This document shows, in pieces, positions 19,823-30,428 of a DNA stretch of 64,000 nucleotides; the first letter of the stretch is position 1, and every line of letters starts with the position of its first letter. Source of the stretch: a virus; the IMG/VR virus record IMGVR_UViG_3300045988_126426; one strand, written 5' to 3'. A program made the position numbers and the translations under genes. Under the pieces are notes generated by a model. The model saw only the letters and a program-made list of their open reading frames with translations. It had not been told where the DNA came from and searched no databases.

Positions 19823-20545
19823 ATGAGTAATACAGGATGGATTAAACTCCATCGGAAAATTACAGATCATTGGCTATGGGAAGACAAACCATTTGCCAGA
19901 GGACAAGCAATGATTGACTTGCTGATTCTCGCAGGTTATAATGATCAATCGAAATACATTGATGGAAACTTAGAAACAGTTGAACGAGGATCAGTAATTA
20001 CCTCGATCAGAAGATTGTGTGATCGATGGGGATGGAGTAATTCAAAGGTTGTCAAATTTTTAAAGACACTGGAAAACGACAGTATCATACATGTAAAAAG
20101 CGACACTAAAAAGACAGTCATAACCATAGTAAATTACGGTGTTTATCAAGGATTTGTGGATAAAAAAGCTACACAGAAACGACACCAAAACGACACAGAA
20201 GCGACACATAAAAAGAAAGTAAAAAATAATAATAAATATAATAATAATAATATAAAGCGATTCACACCGCCTGATTGCGAGCAAGTCTCCAGATATTGCC
20301 AGCAGAGACACAATGGAATTGATCCAGAAGAGTTTGTGGATTATTACACAGCCAAAGACTGGATGATGGGCAATAGCAAAATGCAAGACTGGAAGGCAGC
20401 AGTACGAAACTGGGAACGTAATCAGGCTAAGAAGAACGCTAAACAAAAGTCCAAGGTAACAAACCTTGCACGTTTGGAGTGTGATCGTGACTATGATTTC
20501 GGTGCGTTGGAAAGACAGCTTTTTGAAAAGCAGATGACGGGATAA
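19823..20545 (+). CDS. phage replication initiator / replisome organiser-like protein (N-terminal wHTH plus Phg_2220_C-like C-terminus)
   Basis: 'GWIKLHRKITDHWLWEDKPFARGQAMIDLLILA' N-terminus and 'FVDYYTAKDWMMGNSKMQDWKAAVRNWERN' C-terminal motif. Confidence 0.6.
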   Translation: MSNTGWIKLHRKITDHWLWEDKPFARGQAMIDLLILAGYNDQSKYIDGNLETVERGSVITSIRRLCDRWGWSNSKVVKFLKTLENDSIIHVKSDTKKTVITIVNYGVYQGFVDKKATQKRHQNDTEATHKKKVKNNNKYNNNNIKRFTPPDCEQVSRYCQQRHNGIDPEEFVDYYTAKDWMMGNSKMQDWKAAVRNWERNQAKKNAKQKSKVTNLARLECDRDYDFGALERQLFEKQMTG

Positions 20546-20566
20546 GTTTGACGAAAGGATGGAAAA

Positions 20567-21031
20567 ATGTCAGAAAATATTTATATTCACTACGGCAGTG
20601 ATAAGTTTGAGAAAGAGTTGTTTATGTCAATTGTGAACAGAAACATGATTAACAAACCATTTGGCGGTTTATGGGCATCGGATATAAAGGCGGATCAGCC
20701 GTGGGAGAAATGGTGTATTGATAATGATTTTAGAATTGATAAACTGGACAAAAACTTTAAATTTACATTGGATGATTCGGCAAATATTGTTGAATGGACA
20801 GAGAAAGCCGATTTAAAGCAGGTTCCAACTCAAGATCTATCGGGTTATCTCCCAGAATATTTATTTGATACAATGGGCGTTGTGCCAGATTTTGAGAAGA
20901 TGGTCGAAGATGGAGTTGATGCAATTAAGCTTAATTTATCCAAAGGTGATTATGAGTTATATTATGAGCTTTACGGTTGGGATTGTGATAGTATTCTGAT
21001 CATGAATCCTGATATTATTAGACCATTGTAG
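20567..21031 (+). CDS. hypothetical protein
   Basis: 154 aa. Confidence 0.4.
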   Translation: MSENIYIHYGSDKFEKELFMSIVNRNMINKPFGGLWASDIKADQPWEKWCIDNDFRIDKLDKNFKFTLDDSANIVEWTEKADLKQVPTQDLSGYLPEYLFDTMGVVPDFEKMVEDGVDAIKLNLSKGDYELYYELYGWDCDSILIMNPDIIRPL

Positions 21032-21056
21032 AAATTGAATAACAGAATGAGATTGA

Positions 21057-21082
21057 GAAGCTTATGGGCTTCTTTTTGTTTT
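21057..21082 (+). terminator. Rho-independent terminator
   Basis: gaagc/gcttc stem followed by 'tttttgtttt'. Confidence 0.5.
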
Positions 21083-21185
21083 GCCTAAATTTAGAGAATA
21101 GGAGTGAGAATTATGAAATTAATCGAAGTAGAAATTAGACCAGAAGTACGTGAACAGTGCAATAATTAGAGAGGAGATTGGAACA

Positions 21186-21482
21186 ATGAAATTATACGGA
21201 ACAGTGAATACAGAGGTTGATGTGAGTAAATATAATATATTAATAGCTGCGGCTCAAATACTATACGATGGACATCTATATGATAGTTGGGGAATTCATA
21301 CAGAGTTATTGGAGTCAGATCATAGAGAAAATAACACTGGTAAAAGAGGATTATTTAAGGTTGAAGATATATCATATCATGGTTCCCCAGTATGGAAATA
21401 TACATTGATTACTGACGATGAAAATGCAATAAATGATTTTCTGCTGGCACAGGAAATAGAAAAAGTAATTAAGAGAGTGTAA
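21186..21482 (+). CDS. hypothetical protein
   Basis: Internal ATG of ORF 21150-21482 with RBS 'gagaggag'. Confidence 0.4.
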   Translation: MKLYGTVNTEVDVSKYNILIAAAQILYDGHLYDSWGIHTELLESDHRENNTGKRGLFKVEDISYHGSPVWKYTLITDDENAINDFLLAQEIEKVIKRV

Positions 21483-21508
21483 GAATAACTAAGAGAGGTG
21501 AGATTATT

Positions 21509-22459
21509 ATGGCAGCAACACAGTTTGAAGTTATTGAAACAGCAAACAATAATAACGCAGAAGAACCTGAAGCAAAGATCAACAGACGTAAGGACGGAAA
21601 TCCTAAATGGACTCGATCTAATAAACAAAAAGGCGTATCATCTTTAGTGTATCCAATTAAGAACAAAGAAAAATTTGCAGCCTTTAATGCATATTTTAGA
21701 GATCAGATTGATAAATCCTATACAGAGTACAAACGATATGTAGCTGCCAGAAATAATCTTTTGGTTGCAGTTGGGAACAATACCGCATATCGTATCTCTG
21801 ATATTGTTAGACTTAAATGGAGCGACTTATTGGGAGACAAGACTCGTAAACAGGAAAAGAAAACAAAGAAATTCAGAACGGTATACTTTAACGATTTGGT
21901 AACCGAAGCAGTGGATATTTTCTTTGAAGCTGTCGCAGGAACTAAATATGATGTCAAGATTGATGGCGAAGTGCCAATGGATGATTATGTTTTCGGAACA
22001 TGTAAATCTGGATCAGGGCACATGACAGAAGCAAATGCTTTAGACTTTGTTAAAAAAGGTGCTAAAGCAGTTGGAATTGAGGATAACATTGGTACACATA
22101 CACTACGAAAGAACTTTGTGTATTGGACACTTGTTGATCATAAAGATGATCAGAACGTATTGTATACACTTATGAGATTATTGAATCATAGTAGCCCTGC
22201 AATGACGTTTTTATATGCTACAATTACAGAGGAGGAAACTCATGTATTGTTTGATGATATCGCTCAGACATACAAGGATATTATCAGCGGAGTATTTAAT
22301 GGACTGAGGGAAAATGTTATTAACGTGAGCTATGATAGAGTAATGGAGATTATCAAGTGTGCTTATGATACAGGGAAAGATGATGCAGATAAAGATAATG
22401 GAGTGCATGAGGATAATATGCAAGCATTAAAAGAATTACTGGAAGGAGTTATTATATGA
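21509..22459 (+). CDS. tyrosine site-specific recombinase (phage integrase family)
   Basis: Catalytic motifs: 'YRISDIVRLKWSDL' (R), 'GTHTLRKNF' (HxxR), 'LLNHSSPAMTFLYA' (H...Y). Confidence 0.65.
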   Translation: MAATQFEVIETANNNNAEEPEAKINRRKDGNPKWTRSNKQKGVSSLVYPIKNKEKFAAFNAYFRDQIDKSYTEYKRYVAARNNLLVAVGNNTAYRISDIVRLKWSDLLGDKTRKQEKKTKKFRTVYFNDLVTEAVDIFFEAVAGTKYDVKIDGEVPMDDYVFGTCKSGSGHMTEANALDFVKKGAKAVGIEDNIGTHTLRKNFVYWTLVDHKDDQNVLYTLMRLLNHSSPAMTFLYATITEEETHVLFDDIAQTYKDIISGVFNGLRENVINVSYDRVMEIIKCAYDTGKDDADKDNGVHEDNMQALKELLEGVII

Positions 22460-23202
22460 TATTTGTAACAGGAGACACACATGGGGATTGGATGACTCGA
22501 TTAAACAGTCATTCTTTCCCAGAAGGAGTAGAGTTAACTAAAGATGATTACGTGATCATTTGCGGAGATTTTGGATTGTGGCATGACACAAAAGAAGAAC
22601 GACATAATCTGGAATGGTTGGACAACAAACCATTTACTACTTTGTTTGTATGTGGGAACCATGAAAATTATGATCGGCTGTACGAATATCCTGTAGAAGA
22701 ATGGAATGGAGGAAAGATTCATAAGATTCGTGATTCTATTTTTCATCTCATGCGAGGGCAGGTATTTGATATCCAGGGAAAGAGATTCTTCACATTTGGT
22801 GGAGCTAGTTCTCATGACGTTCAGGATGGGATTTTAGAGCCAGACGATCCAAGAATTAATGAATGGTACAGAGATTACGACAAAATGTTTAGGATCAATC
22901 ATACGTCATGGTGGAAAGAAGAGCTTCCTTCAGAGGAAGAAATGACAGAAGGTATGATGAATCTGAAGCAGAATGGATCGCAAGTGGATTATATAATTAC
23001 ACATAGTCCATACGCATCTGTATTATGTCAAATGGATCAAGGATTAGGAGTGTATAAAACAGATATATTGACGGATTATTTGCAAGAGATTAAAGAATCT
23101 GTTGAATATAAAAAGTGGTTCTTTGGACATATGCATGTGAACCAGAACTTTCCAGGAGATAATGCGATTGCAATTTACGAACAAATTATTAGGATTTTAT
23201 AG
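22456..23202 (+). CDS. calcineurin-like metallophosphoesterase
   Basis: 'GDTHGD', 'ICGDFGLW', 'VCGNHENYD' motifs. Confidence 0.7.
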   Translation: MIFVTGDTHGDWMTRLNSHSFPEGVELTKDDYVIICGDFGLWHDTKEERHNLEWLDNKPFTTLFVCGNHENYDRLYEYPVEEWNGGKIHKIRDSIFHLMRGQVFDIQGKRFFTFGGASSHDVQDGILEPDDPRINEWYRDYDKMFRINHTSWWKEELPSEEEMTEGMMNLKQNGSQVDYIITHSPYASVLCQMDQGLGVYKTDILTDYLQEIKESVEYKKWFFGHMHVNQNFPGDNAIAIYEQIIRIL

Positions 23203-23213
23203 GAGAATTTTGT

Positions 23214-23534
23214 ATGAAGATAAATACGATTAGACAAAATAAGGAAGAAAAGAAAGCAAACCAGAATCTTATGTGGATTTCAGCAGAGATTCCACCATTA
23301 AAACCAGATAATGCATCACGTTACATGAGGTATAAAACATATCCTGTTATTGTGGATTACAAATATAATGATGGATGTGTGGACGAAGTGCTTGATTTTT
23401 GTGACTATGATTTTGAAGAAAAGAAATGGAAACTGAGTAAGCCTCATAAAGTTAGACAGTATTTCCCCCTTCCAAGTAAGCACAAAGTAAAGTGTTCGAA
23501 CAAAAAGAGAACATCTGTTCGAAAAATATCTTGA
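23214..23534 (+). CDS. hypothetical basic protein
   Basis: 106 aa; start of an AT-rich island. Confidence 0.4.
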   Translation: MKINTIRQNKEEKKANQNLMWISAEIPPLKPDNASRYMRYKTYPVIVDYKYNDGCVDEVLDFCDYDFEEKKWKLSKPHKVRQYFPLPSKHKVKCSNKKRTSVRKIS

Positions 23535-23615
23535 TTTTGTTCTATGGTAGCATTATAATAAGAAATGTAGAGATTCTTTGTTCACAACAAAAATTAACTT
23601 TCTTTCTTGCACCTA

Positions 23616-23644
23616 TTGACAGGGTGCAAAAAGTATGGTATATT
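23616..23644 (+). promoter_or_regulatory. sigma70-type promoter (TTGACA-17-TATATT)
   Basis: ttgaca 23616-23621, 17-nt spacer, tatatt 23639-23644. Confidence 0.5.
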
Positions 23645-23694
23645 TAATTCATGAAAACAAAAAATGCAACTGGGGAAAGTTGAGGGACGTAAAA

Positions 23695-24144
23695 ATGAAC
23701 GGATATACTAACAAAGAAAGAAAAGGAAACGATAACAGAAAAAGAAAAGAATATGTATATGGCAAATATCAAAATCCTCAAGTTTGGGGAATATATTTTG
23801 CAGATTTGCCGAAAATTGAAGGTAGTCATATCTTGCATGGGAAAAGACCAGTCATCGTATATTCTAATAATATTTGTAATAATACGAGCACAGAGATTAA
23901 CGTGTATCCAATTACAAAAAAATTAAGGAACTGGATACCGACACATGTAACCATTTATCCAAATACCAGTAATGGATTAAAAATGGTATCACAGGTGTAT
24001 TTAGAGCAAGGAAGAACAATTCCAAAGAATAATCTTTTAGAGTATTGGGGAAGAATATCTGATCTATCTTTAATGTTAAAAATAGGACATGGCATTTTAA
24101 TACAAAACGGCATGTTATCGTACATGAATGCAATGGCATCCTAG
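23695..24144 (+). CDS. MazF/PemK-family endoribonuclease toxin-like protein, no obvious cognate antitoxin
   Basis: Core 'WGIYFADLPKIEGSHILHGKRPVIVYSN...VYPITKKL...PTHVTIYPNTSNGLKMVSQVYLEQGRTIPKNNLLEYWGRISD' follows the PemK pattern. Upstream ORF start 23635 lies inside the promoter, so a later ATG was chosen. Confidence 0.5.
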   Translation: MNGYTNKERKGNDNRKRKEYVYGKYQNPQVWGIYFADLPKIEGSHILHGKRPVIVYSNNICNNTSTEINVYPITKKLRNWIPTHVTIYPNTSNGLKMVSQVYLEQGRTIPKNNLLEYWGRISDLSLMLKIGHGILIQNGMLSYMNAMAS

Positions 24145-24158
24145 AAATGGAGAATATT

Positions 24159-25175
24159 ATGAATAATAAAGAATTGATACAAAATTATATAGATTCTCAC
24201 GTATCAGAATCACGTCGCCCAACATGGAATTGGTTGTTAGATTCTGATATTGCGGACGACAATGAATCTGGGTTAACGTATGCACCAGGTACAATCCAAG
24301 AGGCTATATTATCAGATACTAGAGGTAAAAAAACCAAAAGTATGAATTCTATTAAAAAAAGATATGACCAGCTCGTTAAACTATATACTTATGCATATGA
24401 ACAAAATTACATTAAATATAATCCATTTGTTAATGATAAATTTATAAACTTGCAATTAGCAGTTGATATATATTTTTCAAATAGAGTTAATGTTAATTAT
24501 GTTACACCAGATAAAATAAATGCGTTTATTTCGAATCTGATGTCGTGCAATGCATCAGCCGATACCAAATTGAATACTAGATTTCATATTGTGAGTTTAT
24601 ATAACGGGATAAATGGAAAGGAGTTAAGAAATCTAAAATTCTCAGATATTAATCAAAATGATTTAACAATTTTTGGGAAACCAGTCTCCAAAGATTTTAT
24701 CGATACATTGAATGAATATAAATTGAAAATGGGAGATACGAATATATATGATGATTTTGTATTAATACCACGAAAAAAATGTAATAATATAGAAGAATAT
24801 CAAGCAGAGCAAAAGAGGATATATAATAATGTGCAGTCTCAATTAGAATTAACTGGTAACACTTTATCTTATGAGAAATTGACAACCATTGATGTTATTA
24901 ATTCTGGTTTTATACAATATTTAAAATCTAAAATGGATATCAAGGCAATTGCAGATTTATATTATATTAAATCAAAAGAAGGAATAGCACGATCTATAAT
25001 CGCACGTCAATTTAGTGAAATTGCAATTGAATTTTATTATAATTATTATATATCATATAGATTAAAAAAGAAACAATTTAGTGATCGTCAAACTGTAATT
25101 GGTAAAACTATTGGTTATTTATATAAAGATGAGGACTATAAGAATTATCGTGTACATCAAATTATGACAGAATAA
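24159..25175 (+). CDS. degenerate tyrosine-recombinase-like protein (core-binding-like N-terminus, catalytic residues not evident)
   Basis: 'TYAYEQNYIKYNPF' SAM-like and 'GKELRNLKFSDI' box-I-like segments; very AT-rich codon usage. Confidence 0.3.
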   Translation: MNNKELIQNYIDSHVSESRRPTWNWLLDSDIADDNESGLTYAPGTIQEAILSDTRGKKTKSMNSIKKRYDQLVKLYTYAYEQNYIKYNPFVNDKFINLQLAVDIYFSNRVNVNYVTPDKINAFISNLMSCNASADTKLNTRFHIVSLYNGINGKELRNLKFSDINQNDLTIFGKPVSKDFIDTLNEYKLKMGDTNIYDDFVLIPRKKCNNIEEYQAEQKRIYNNVQSQLELTGNTLSYEKLTTIDVINSGFIQYLKSKMDIKAIADLYYIKSKEGIARSIIARQFSEIAIEFYYNYYISYRLKKKQFSDRQTVIGKTIGYLYKDEDYKNYRVHQIMTE

Positions 25176-25189
25176 AGGAAGGTATATGT

Positions 25190-25555
25190 ATGGACAATCA
25201 AATATTAAAAACATTGGTAGCGAATCAATCAAATCAAATGCATATTGATGTACTTGATTTACACTCATCAGAAATGTCATCGTGGTTTCTGAGTGAATAT
25301 AAGATTCGAGCAGATGATAGAAAGATGAAGATCTATGGCAAAGATAAAGATCTTTCATATCATTGGATCGAATTTATTCAAGATGAGAATTTGTTCTCTC
25401 ATATTAGGCAGGACGACATATTTGACATAATCAAATGCCTGCAATTTACATACAAAGAGAGATACAATGTTGGAATAAAAATACAGACAATAAAAAAGAA
25501 AGCAGAAGTCTTTGGTAAAACTTCTACTTTCACACAAACTAAAAATTTCAACTAA
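25190..25555 (+). CDS. hypothetical protein
   Basis: 121 aa, AT-rich island. Confidence 0.4.
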   Translation: MDNQILKTLVANQSNQMHIDVLDLHSSEMSSWFLSEYKIRADDRKMKIYGKDKDLSYHWIEFIQDENLFSHIRQDDIFDIIKCLQFTYKERYNVGIKIQTIKKKAEVFGKTSTFTQTKNFN

Positions 25556-25748
25556 ACAAATCATAGATAACAAAAAAAGATTTTTTGAATCTACCGTGTT
25601 GGCAGCACGATAGAAAATCGAATTTGATATTTAGAATTGTTTAAGAGATAAGGATATTATTATCCTTAAAATCATTATAACAATTCTAAATATGTTCGTC
25701 AACATGAAAATTTTTCCAAAAAACTACAATTAAATACAGGAGTGATGT

Positions 25749-26399
25749 ATGAAATACATAATTACGAATGGAGAGTTCTATGTGAAAAGAGATTATGCAA
25801 GAAATAAATACGTTCGTGATAATCGTAAGTCTGAAGCTACTCAATTTACCTCTAAGCAAGCAAAGCACATTTTAGGTTTGAAGCATAAATATACGTGGAT
25901 GAAAGACGGATTTTATGCCAGAGAAATTGAGCTAGGTAAAATTGGCAAACCCATGGAATCTAGTGAAATAATGCGTAAGGGTAATGGAAATTGCTTTATG
26001 GATTGGGAATGTGATAATACATTGATCGACAATATAGAGACTGAGGAAAGAGCCATAGTAGGACTTCTAGCATATGACTCAGATCAATTAGGAGAAAAGA
26101 AGTTTGAATTAGAGCAGGCATTATCATATGCCGATTCTGCCAGAAGTGATATTCTTCATGCGATTGAGTTTAAAAAGATTGATGCTGCGAAACGTGCAGT
26201 GATTGTTGGATATCTTAAAACCTTACAGGAATTACACAGAAAGATCAAGAATTGTATTCGGTACATAGAAGTGATGCAGAATTGCATGGATAATCAGAAA
26301 GATATATGTACTTTGAAGAAAGAATTAAAAGATTCAGAACATAAGTCGTATGTCGGTAGAACAAAGTATTATGAGCTGATCCAGAATATAATCGGGTAG
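25749..26399 (+). CDS. hypothetical protein
   Basis: 216 aa. Confidence 0.45.
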   Translation: MKYIITNGEFYVKRDYARNKYVRDNRKSEATQFTSKQAKHILGLKHKYTWMKDGFYAREIELGKIGKPMESSEIMRKGNGNCFMDWECDNTLIDNIETEERAIVGLLAYDSDQLGEKKFELEQALSYADSARSDILHAIEFKKIDAAKRAVIVGYLKTLQELHRKIKNCIRYIEVMQNCMDNQKDICTLKKELKDSEHKSYVGRTKYYELIQNIIG

Positions 26400-26482
26400 A
26401 GTTTCTTCCTTATTATATATGATGACTCGCACAGGCATTTGTGCAAAATTAAAATGTAAAATTATAACTTAGGAGGTATTTA

Positions 26483-27307
26483 ATGACAGAAGAAAAGGAT
26501 ATTGTAAATGAAGGATTAAACACATTAGTATTTAGCAATGATAAATTTGGGAATATCCGCACAGCGGTCTTAGATAATAATCCGTGGTTTGTTGGCAAAG
26601 ATGTTGCTGAATGTTTAGAGTACAAAAATACAAAAGACGCTCTTGCAAGACATGTAGATGCCGAAGACAAACAATTAATCCTAAGGTCGCAAATCACGAC
26701 CTTAGAAAATGTACCAAACAGAGGACTCACATTTATTAATGAGTCAGGACTTTATGCATTAATCTTTGGAAGTAAGCTTGATAAGGCAAAAGAATTCAAG
26801 CATTGGGTAACATCAGAAGTTCTTCCGCAGATTCGTAAGACGGGCGGATATATTCCAATTGAAAAAGATGATGATGATTTAACTATCATGGCGAAAGCAT
26901 TGAATATTATGCAAAACACTTTGGAGCAAAAGGATGAACTATTAGCCCAGAAAGAAGAAGTTATCAGTAAACAGAAGCCACTTGTTGATTTTGCTAATAC
27001 GGTCAGTGCCACACCAACAATGGTTGATATGAAAACAATGGCAAAGCTTCTTGAGAAAGAAAATCAAGATATTCATATGGGCAGAAACAAATTATTTGCG
27101 TGGTTAAGAAAAGAAGGGTATCTCATGTCAGATAATACCCCATATGAAAGATATGTTAAGCAGGGCATTTTCAAATTAACAGAAAGTGAAGTTGAAACTA
27201 AGAATGGAAACAAGTTGATTACCAAAACATATGTGACTGGCAAAGGGCAATTATACTTGGCAAAGAAATTAGCACAATACTTTGCCTCACAGAGTGCATC
27301 AGCTTAG
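26483..27307 (+). CDS. phage antirepressor (Bro-N N-terminal domain plus KilAC/ORF6C C-terminal domain)
   Basis: 'NPWFVGKDVAECLEY...GLYALIFGSKLDKAKEFKHWVTSEVLPQIRKTGGY' and C-terminal 'TMVDMKTMAKLL...LFAWLRKEGYLM'. Confidence 0.75.
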   Translation: MTEEKDIVNEGLNTLVFSNDKFGNIRTAVLDNNPWFVGKDVAECLEYKNTKDALARHVDAEDKQLILRSQITTLENVPNRGLTFINESGLYALIFGSKLDKAKEFKHWVTSEVLPQIRKTGGYIPIEKDDDDLTIMAKALNIMQNTLEQKDELLAQKEEVISKQKPLVDFANTVSATPTMVDMKTMAKLLEKENQDIHMGRNKLFAWLRKEGYLMSDNTPYERYVKQGIFKLTESEVETKNGNKLITKTYVTGKGQLYLAKKLAQYFASQSASA

Positions 27308-27321
27308 AGAGGAGACAAAGA

Positions 27322-28317
27322 ATGGAAGAAAATAAAACGGGCGTTTGGATGCAGACTAAAGGCAGACACAGGAAGAGACTTGATAGTGATGATGAAATTC
27401 GTTTGAGCATTGGAGATTATATACAAGTATTTTCCGATGTTAATGCTGACGAAATAAAAATTGGAACATTAGCCCCACCACCACTTTCAGAAAGAAGAGT
27501 GTCTACTCTGCCACACTATCAGCAAAAACCAATTACTGCAACGTCAGAAGCAGAAAAGAATTGGTGGAAAGAATGTTGTGGAGGATCCGAAACTGAACGT
27601 GGATTACGAGCAGACGCACCAACACATATTGATTGGAATGGTGAAATGAGTGCAACTTTAACATTTGCGTCAGAAAAATTGGATGAAATCATGAGTGAAC
27701 TTACAGGAAACGAAGAGGAGAAAGATATGAATACGAAGAATTTAAAAGAAATGATCAAAAAACCAATCTATGTTGATAAGGAAATTACAATAAAAGAACC
27801 GATGTTAGATGGTAATGGTAAACAGATTGAAAAAGATGGTAAACCAGTGTTTAAAATTAAACATTATCATGGAATGGTTAAAGTATTATGGAATTGCGGA
27901 GCAGAAACTGTTGCGTATGTAGAAGGAAATGATGTGTATGACAGAGAAAATGGCTTCAAAACCTGTGTATTAAAATACCTTTGCGGCAACGCAGGTGCTC
28001 ATGATGCAGTTGACTTCTGGACAAACAAATATGTGAAATATCCAAGCAGCTGCATTGAAGTGACAGAAAACTTATGTAAATTAGAAAAAATTCTTGAGAA
28101 GGATGAATATAGAAAAGATGATCAGAAAGGTTTGCCTCATGCGAAGTTCTTTAGGGAAATCAAAGATGAAATGTTGTTTGACACATATGATGACGAAAGT
28201 CTTAAAAATATTAATGAATTCAAGAAACTTGCAAAAAAATATTTTCCAAAGCTTAAAGGTAAAGAAATTTACATTAATGACAACAAACAGGATGAAAAAT
28301 TCGTAGCAATTAAATAA
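27322..28317 (+). CDS. hypothetical protein
   Basis: 331 aa. Confidence 0.45.
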   Translation: MEENKTGVWMQTKGRHRKRLDSDDEIRLSIGDYIQVFSDVNADEIKIGTLAPPPLSERRVSTLPHYQQKPITATSEAEKNWWKECCGGSETERGLRADAPTHIDWNGEMSATLTFASEKLDEIMSELTGNEEEKDMNTKNLKEMIKKPIYVDKEITIKEPMLDGNGKQIEKDGKPVFKIKHYHGMVKVLWNCGAETVAYVEGNDVYDRENGFKTCVLKYLCGNAGAHDAVDFWTNKYVKYPSSCIEVTENLCKLEKILEKDEYRKDDQKGLPHAKFFREIKDEMLFDTYDDESLKNINEFKKLAKKYFPKLKGKEIYINDNKQDEKFVAIK

Positions 28318-28350
28318 TACATAAAAAGGAGATAAATTATGTGCACACCA

Positions 28351-30408
28351 ATGAATGAAAACTGGAGCAATTTTTTAAACAAATTATCAGAGCGTTTAAA
28401 TAAAATGCTCGACTATGTGGAGAAAAACAACTCTACATTGTATGAAACTGATATTGATAAAGATGTGCTGTGGGAAGTATATCTGAGCAGTTTTCCTGAA
28501 GGAACTAATAAGATGTATCGCAAGCGAAGAGAATATGACTGTGGTCATTGCCGAAACTTTATTAAAACAATCGGTGGAGCTGTGGCAATTGTTGACGGCA
28601 AGATTCATACGATCTGGGAGATTGATACCGATGATGTAGTATTTCAGCCAGTAGTTGATGCTTTACGGACATACGTAGAATCAAAGCCAATTAAAGATAT
28701 TTGGAGACATTTTACAAATACAGTTGGAGTAAAAAGTACAAATGAGTATACAGAAGATAAGCAGATTATCAAATGGACTCATATGTATACACCGATTCCA
28801 GAGAGATTACTAGAAAGAAAATCCGATATTCCTACAGCAAAAGCAAAAGTTAGAGATCGAAAGAATGTGTTCAAAAGATCGCTTGATGAAATCACAGAAG
28901 AAGCTGTTGATACAGTATTAGAACTGATTGCTTCAAATACTCTTTATAGAGGACAGGAATGGGAAAGAGTATTAAAAGATTTTAGAAAATATCAGCGAGA
29001 ATACAACGGTTTGTCAGATGAAGAAAAAGATACATACACATGGACAAAAGCCATGACGATCGGAGATGTAATTGGTCGTATTAGAAACCATAGTATCGGT
29101 ACATTACTTGTGAATATCAGCGAAGGTATGGATTTAGATAATGCAGTAAAAGCTTATGAAAATGTTGTAGCTCCTGCGAATTACAAACGACCAAAGGCAA
29201 TTTTTACGAAGAAAATGCTTGAGGATGCAAAGAAAACTGTAACCGATTTAGGATATATGGATTCATTGCAGCGTAGATTTGCAAGACTTGACGATATTAC
29301 GGTAAACAATATTCTGTTTTGTAATCGTGATGCAGCACCACGTATCCAGGGCGGCTTAGATATTTTTGATGAGATGAGTAAGGAAGTCGCTGTAAATCCT
29401 AAGAAATTCTCTAAAGTAGAAGAGATCAGTGCAGAGAAATTTGTATCAGATGTTCTTCCAACCGCAAAAGAATTAGAAGTCTTGTTTGAAAATCGACATA
29501 AGAAGAACATGGTTTCACTGATCGCACCTGTAAACAAAGATGCCAAGAACATGATGAAGTGGAGCAATCCTTTCAGTTGGGCATATTCAGGAAATATGAC
29601 AGATAGCGAGATGAAAGAACGAGTTAAGAACGCAGGCGGAGCAGTTGATGGTGTCTTAAGATTTTCAATCCAGTGGAACGCAGGAAAAGATTGGAACAGA
29701 GATGACTTTGACGCACATTGTAAAACACCTTGTCAGCATATTTTCTTTAGTCATATGTTTGATTCTGGAACACGAGGCAGACTTGATGTTGATGTGATTA
29801 ATCCAGTAAAGGGGAAACCTGCTGTAGAAAATATTACATGGGCGGATAAATCCAAGATGGTTGATGGAGATTATGAATTTTTCGTACACAATTATTGCCA
29901 TAGCAACGGTACATCAGGATTTACAGCAGAGATTGAATTTGATGGTCAGATTTATGAATTTGAATACGATCAGCCTTTGCGACAGGGACAAAACGTGCCA
30001 GTGGCTACAGTTACATTAAAAGATGGAGTATTCACAATCAAAGAGAAACTTCCATCTACAACATCTTCAAGAGAAATCTGGGGTGTCAATACAAATCAGT
30101 TTGTGCCAGTAACAGTAATGTGTTATTCGCCTAACTATTGGGATGAACAGACAGGTATTGGACACAAACATTATCTGTTCATGTTAAACGGATGTGTAAA
30201 TGAAGATACTCCAAATGGATTCTTCAATGAGTTCTTGAAACAGGAATTAGTACAGCACAAGAGAGTATTCGAGGCTTTAGGAAGTAAGATGCATGTCGCA
30301 GATGATCAAAACCAGTTATCAGGAATTGGTTTTAGTTCTACAAAACGAGATGATGTGATCGTCAAAGTCAAGGGCGCTACTGAAAGAGTTCTTAAAATTA
30401 AATTTTAA
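28351..30408 (+). CDS. large hypothetical protein
   Basis: ORF 28339-30408 (685-689 aa); CGHC motif near the N-terminus; no family assignable by eye. Confidence 0.5.
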   Translation: MNENWSNFLNKLSERLNKMLDYVEKNNSTLYETDIDKDVLWEVYLSSFPEGTNKMYRKRREYDCGHCRNFIKTIGGAVAIVDGKIHTIWEIDTDDVVFQPVVDALRTYVESKPIKDIWRHFTNTVGVKSTNEYTEDKQIIKWTHMYTPIPERLLERKSDIPTAKAKVRDRKNVFKRSLDEITEEAVDTVLELIASNTLYRGQEWERVLKDFRKYQREYNGLSDEEKDTYTWTKAMTIGDVIGRIRNHSIGTLLVNISEGMDLDNAVKAYENVVAPANYKRPKAIFTKKMLEDAKKTVTDLGYMDSLQRRFARLDDITVNNILFCNRDAAPRIQGGLDIFDEMSKEVAVNPKKFSKVEEISAEKFVSDVLPTAKELEVLFENRHKKNMVSLIAPVNKDAKNMMKWSNPFSWAYSGNMTDSEMKERVKNAGGAVDGVLRFSIQWNAGKDWNRDDFDAHCKTPCQHIFFSHMFDSGTRGRLDVDVINPVKGKPAVENITWADKSKMVDGDYEFFVHNYCHSNGTSGFTAEIEFDGQIYEFEYDQPLRQGQNVPVATVTLKDGVFTIKEKLPSTTSSREIWGVNTNQFVPVTVMCYSPNYWDEQTGIGHKHYLFMLNGCVNEDTPNGFFNEFLKQELVQHKRVFEALGSKMHVADDQNQLSGIGFSSTKRDDVIVKVKGATERVLKIKF

Positions 30409-30428
30409 TATAAAAAGGAGATTGAATT

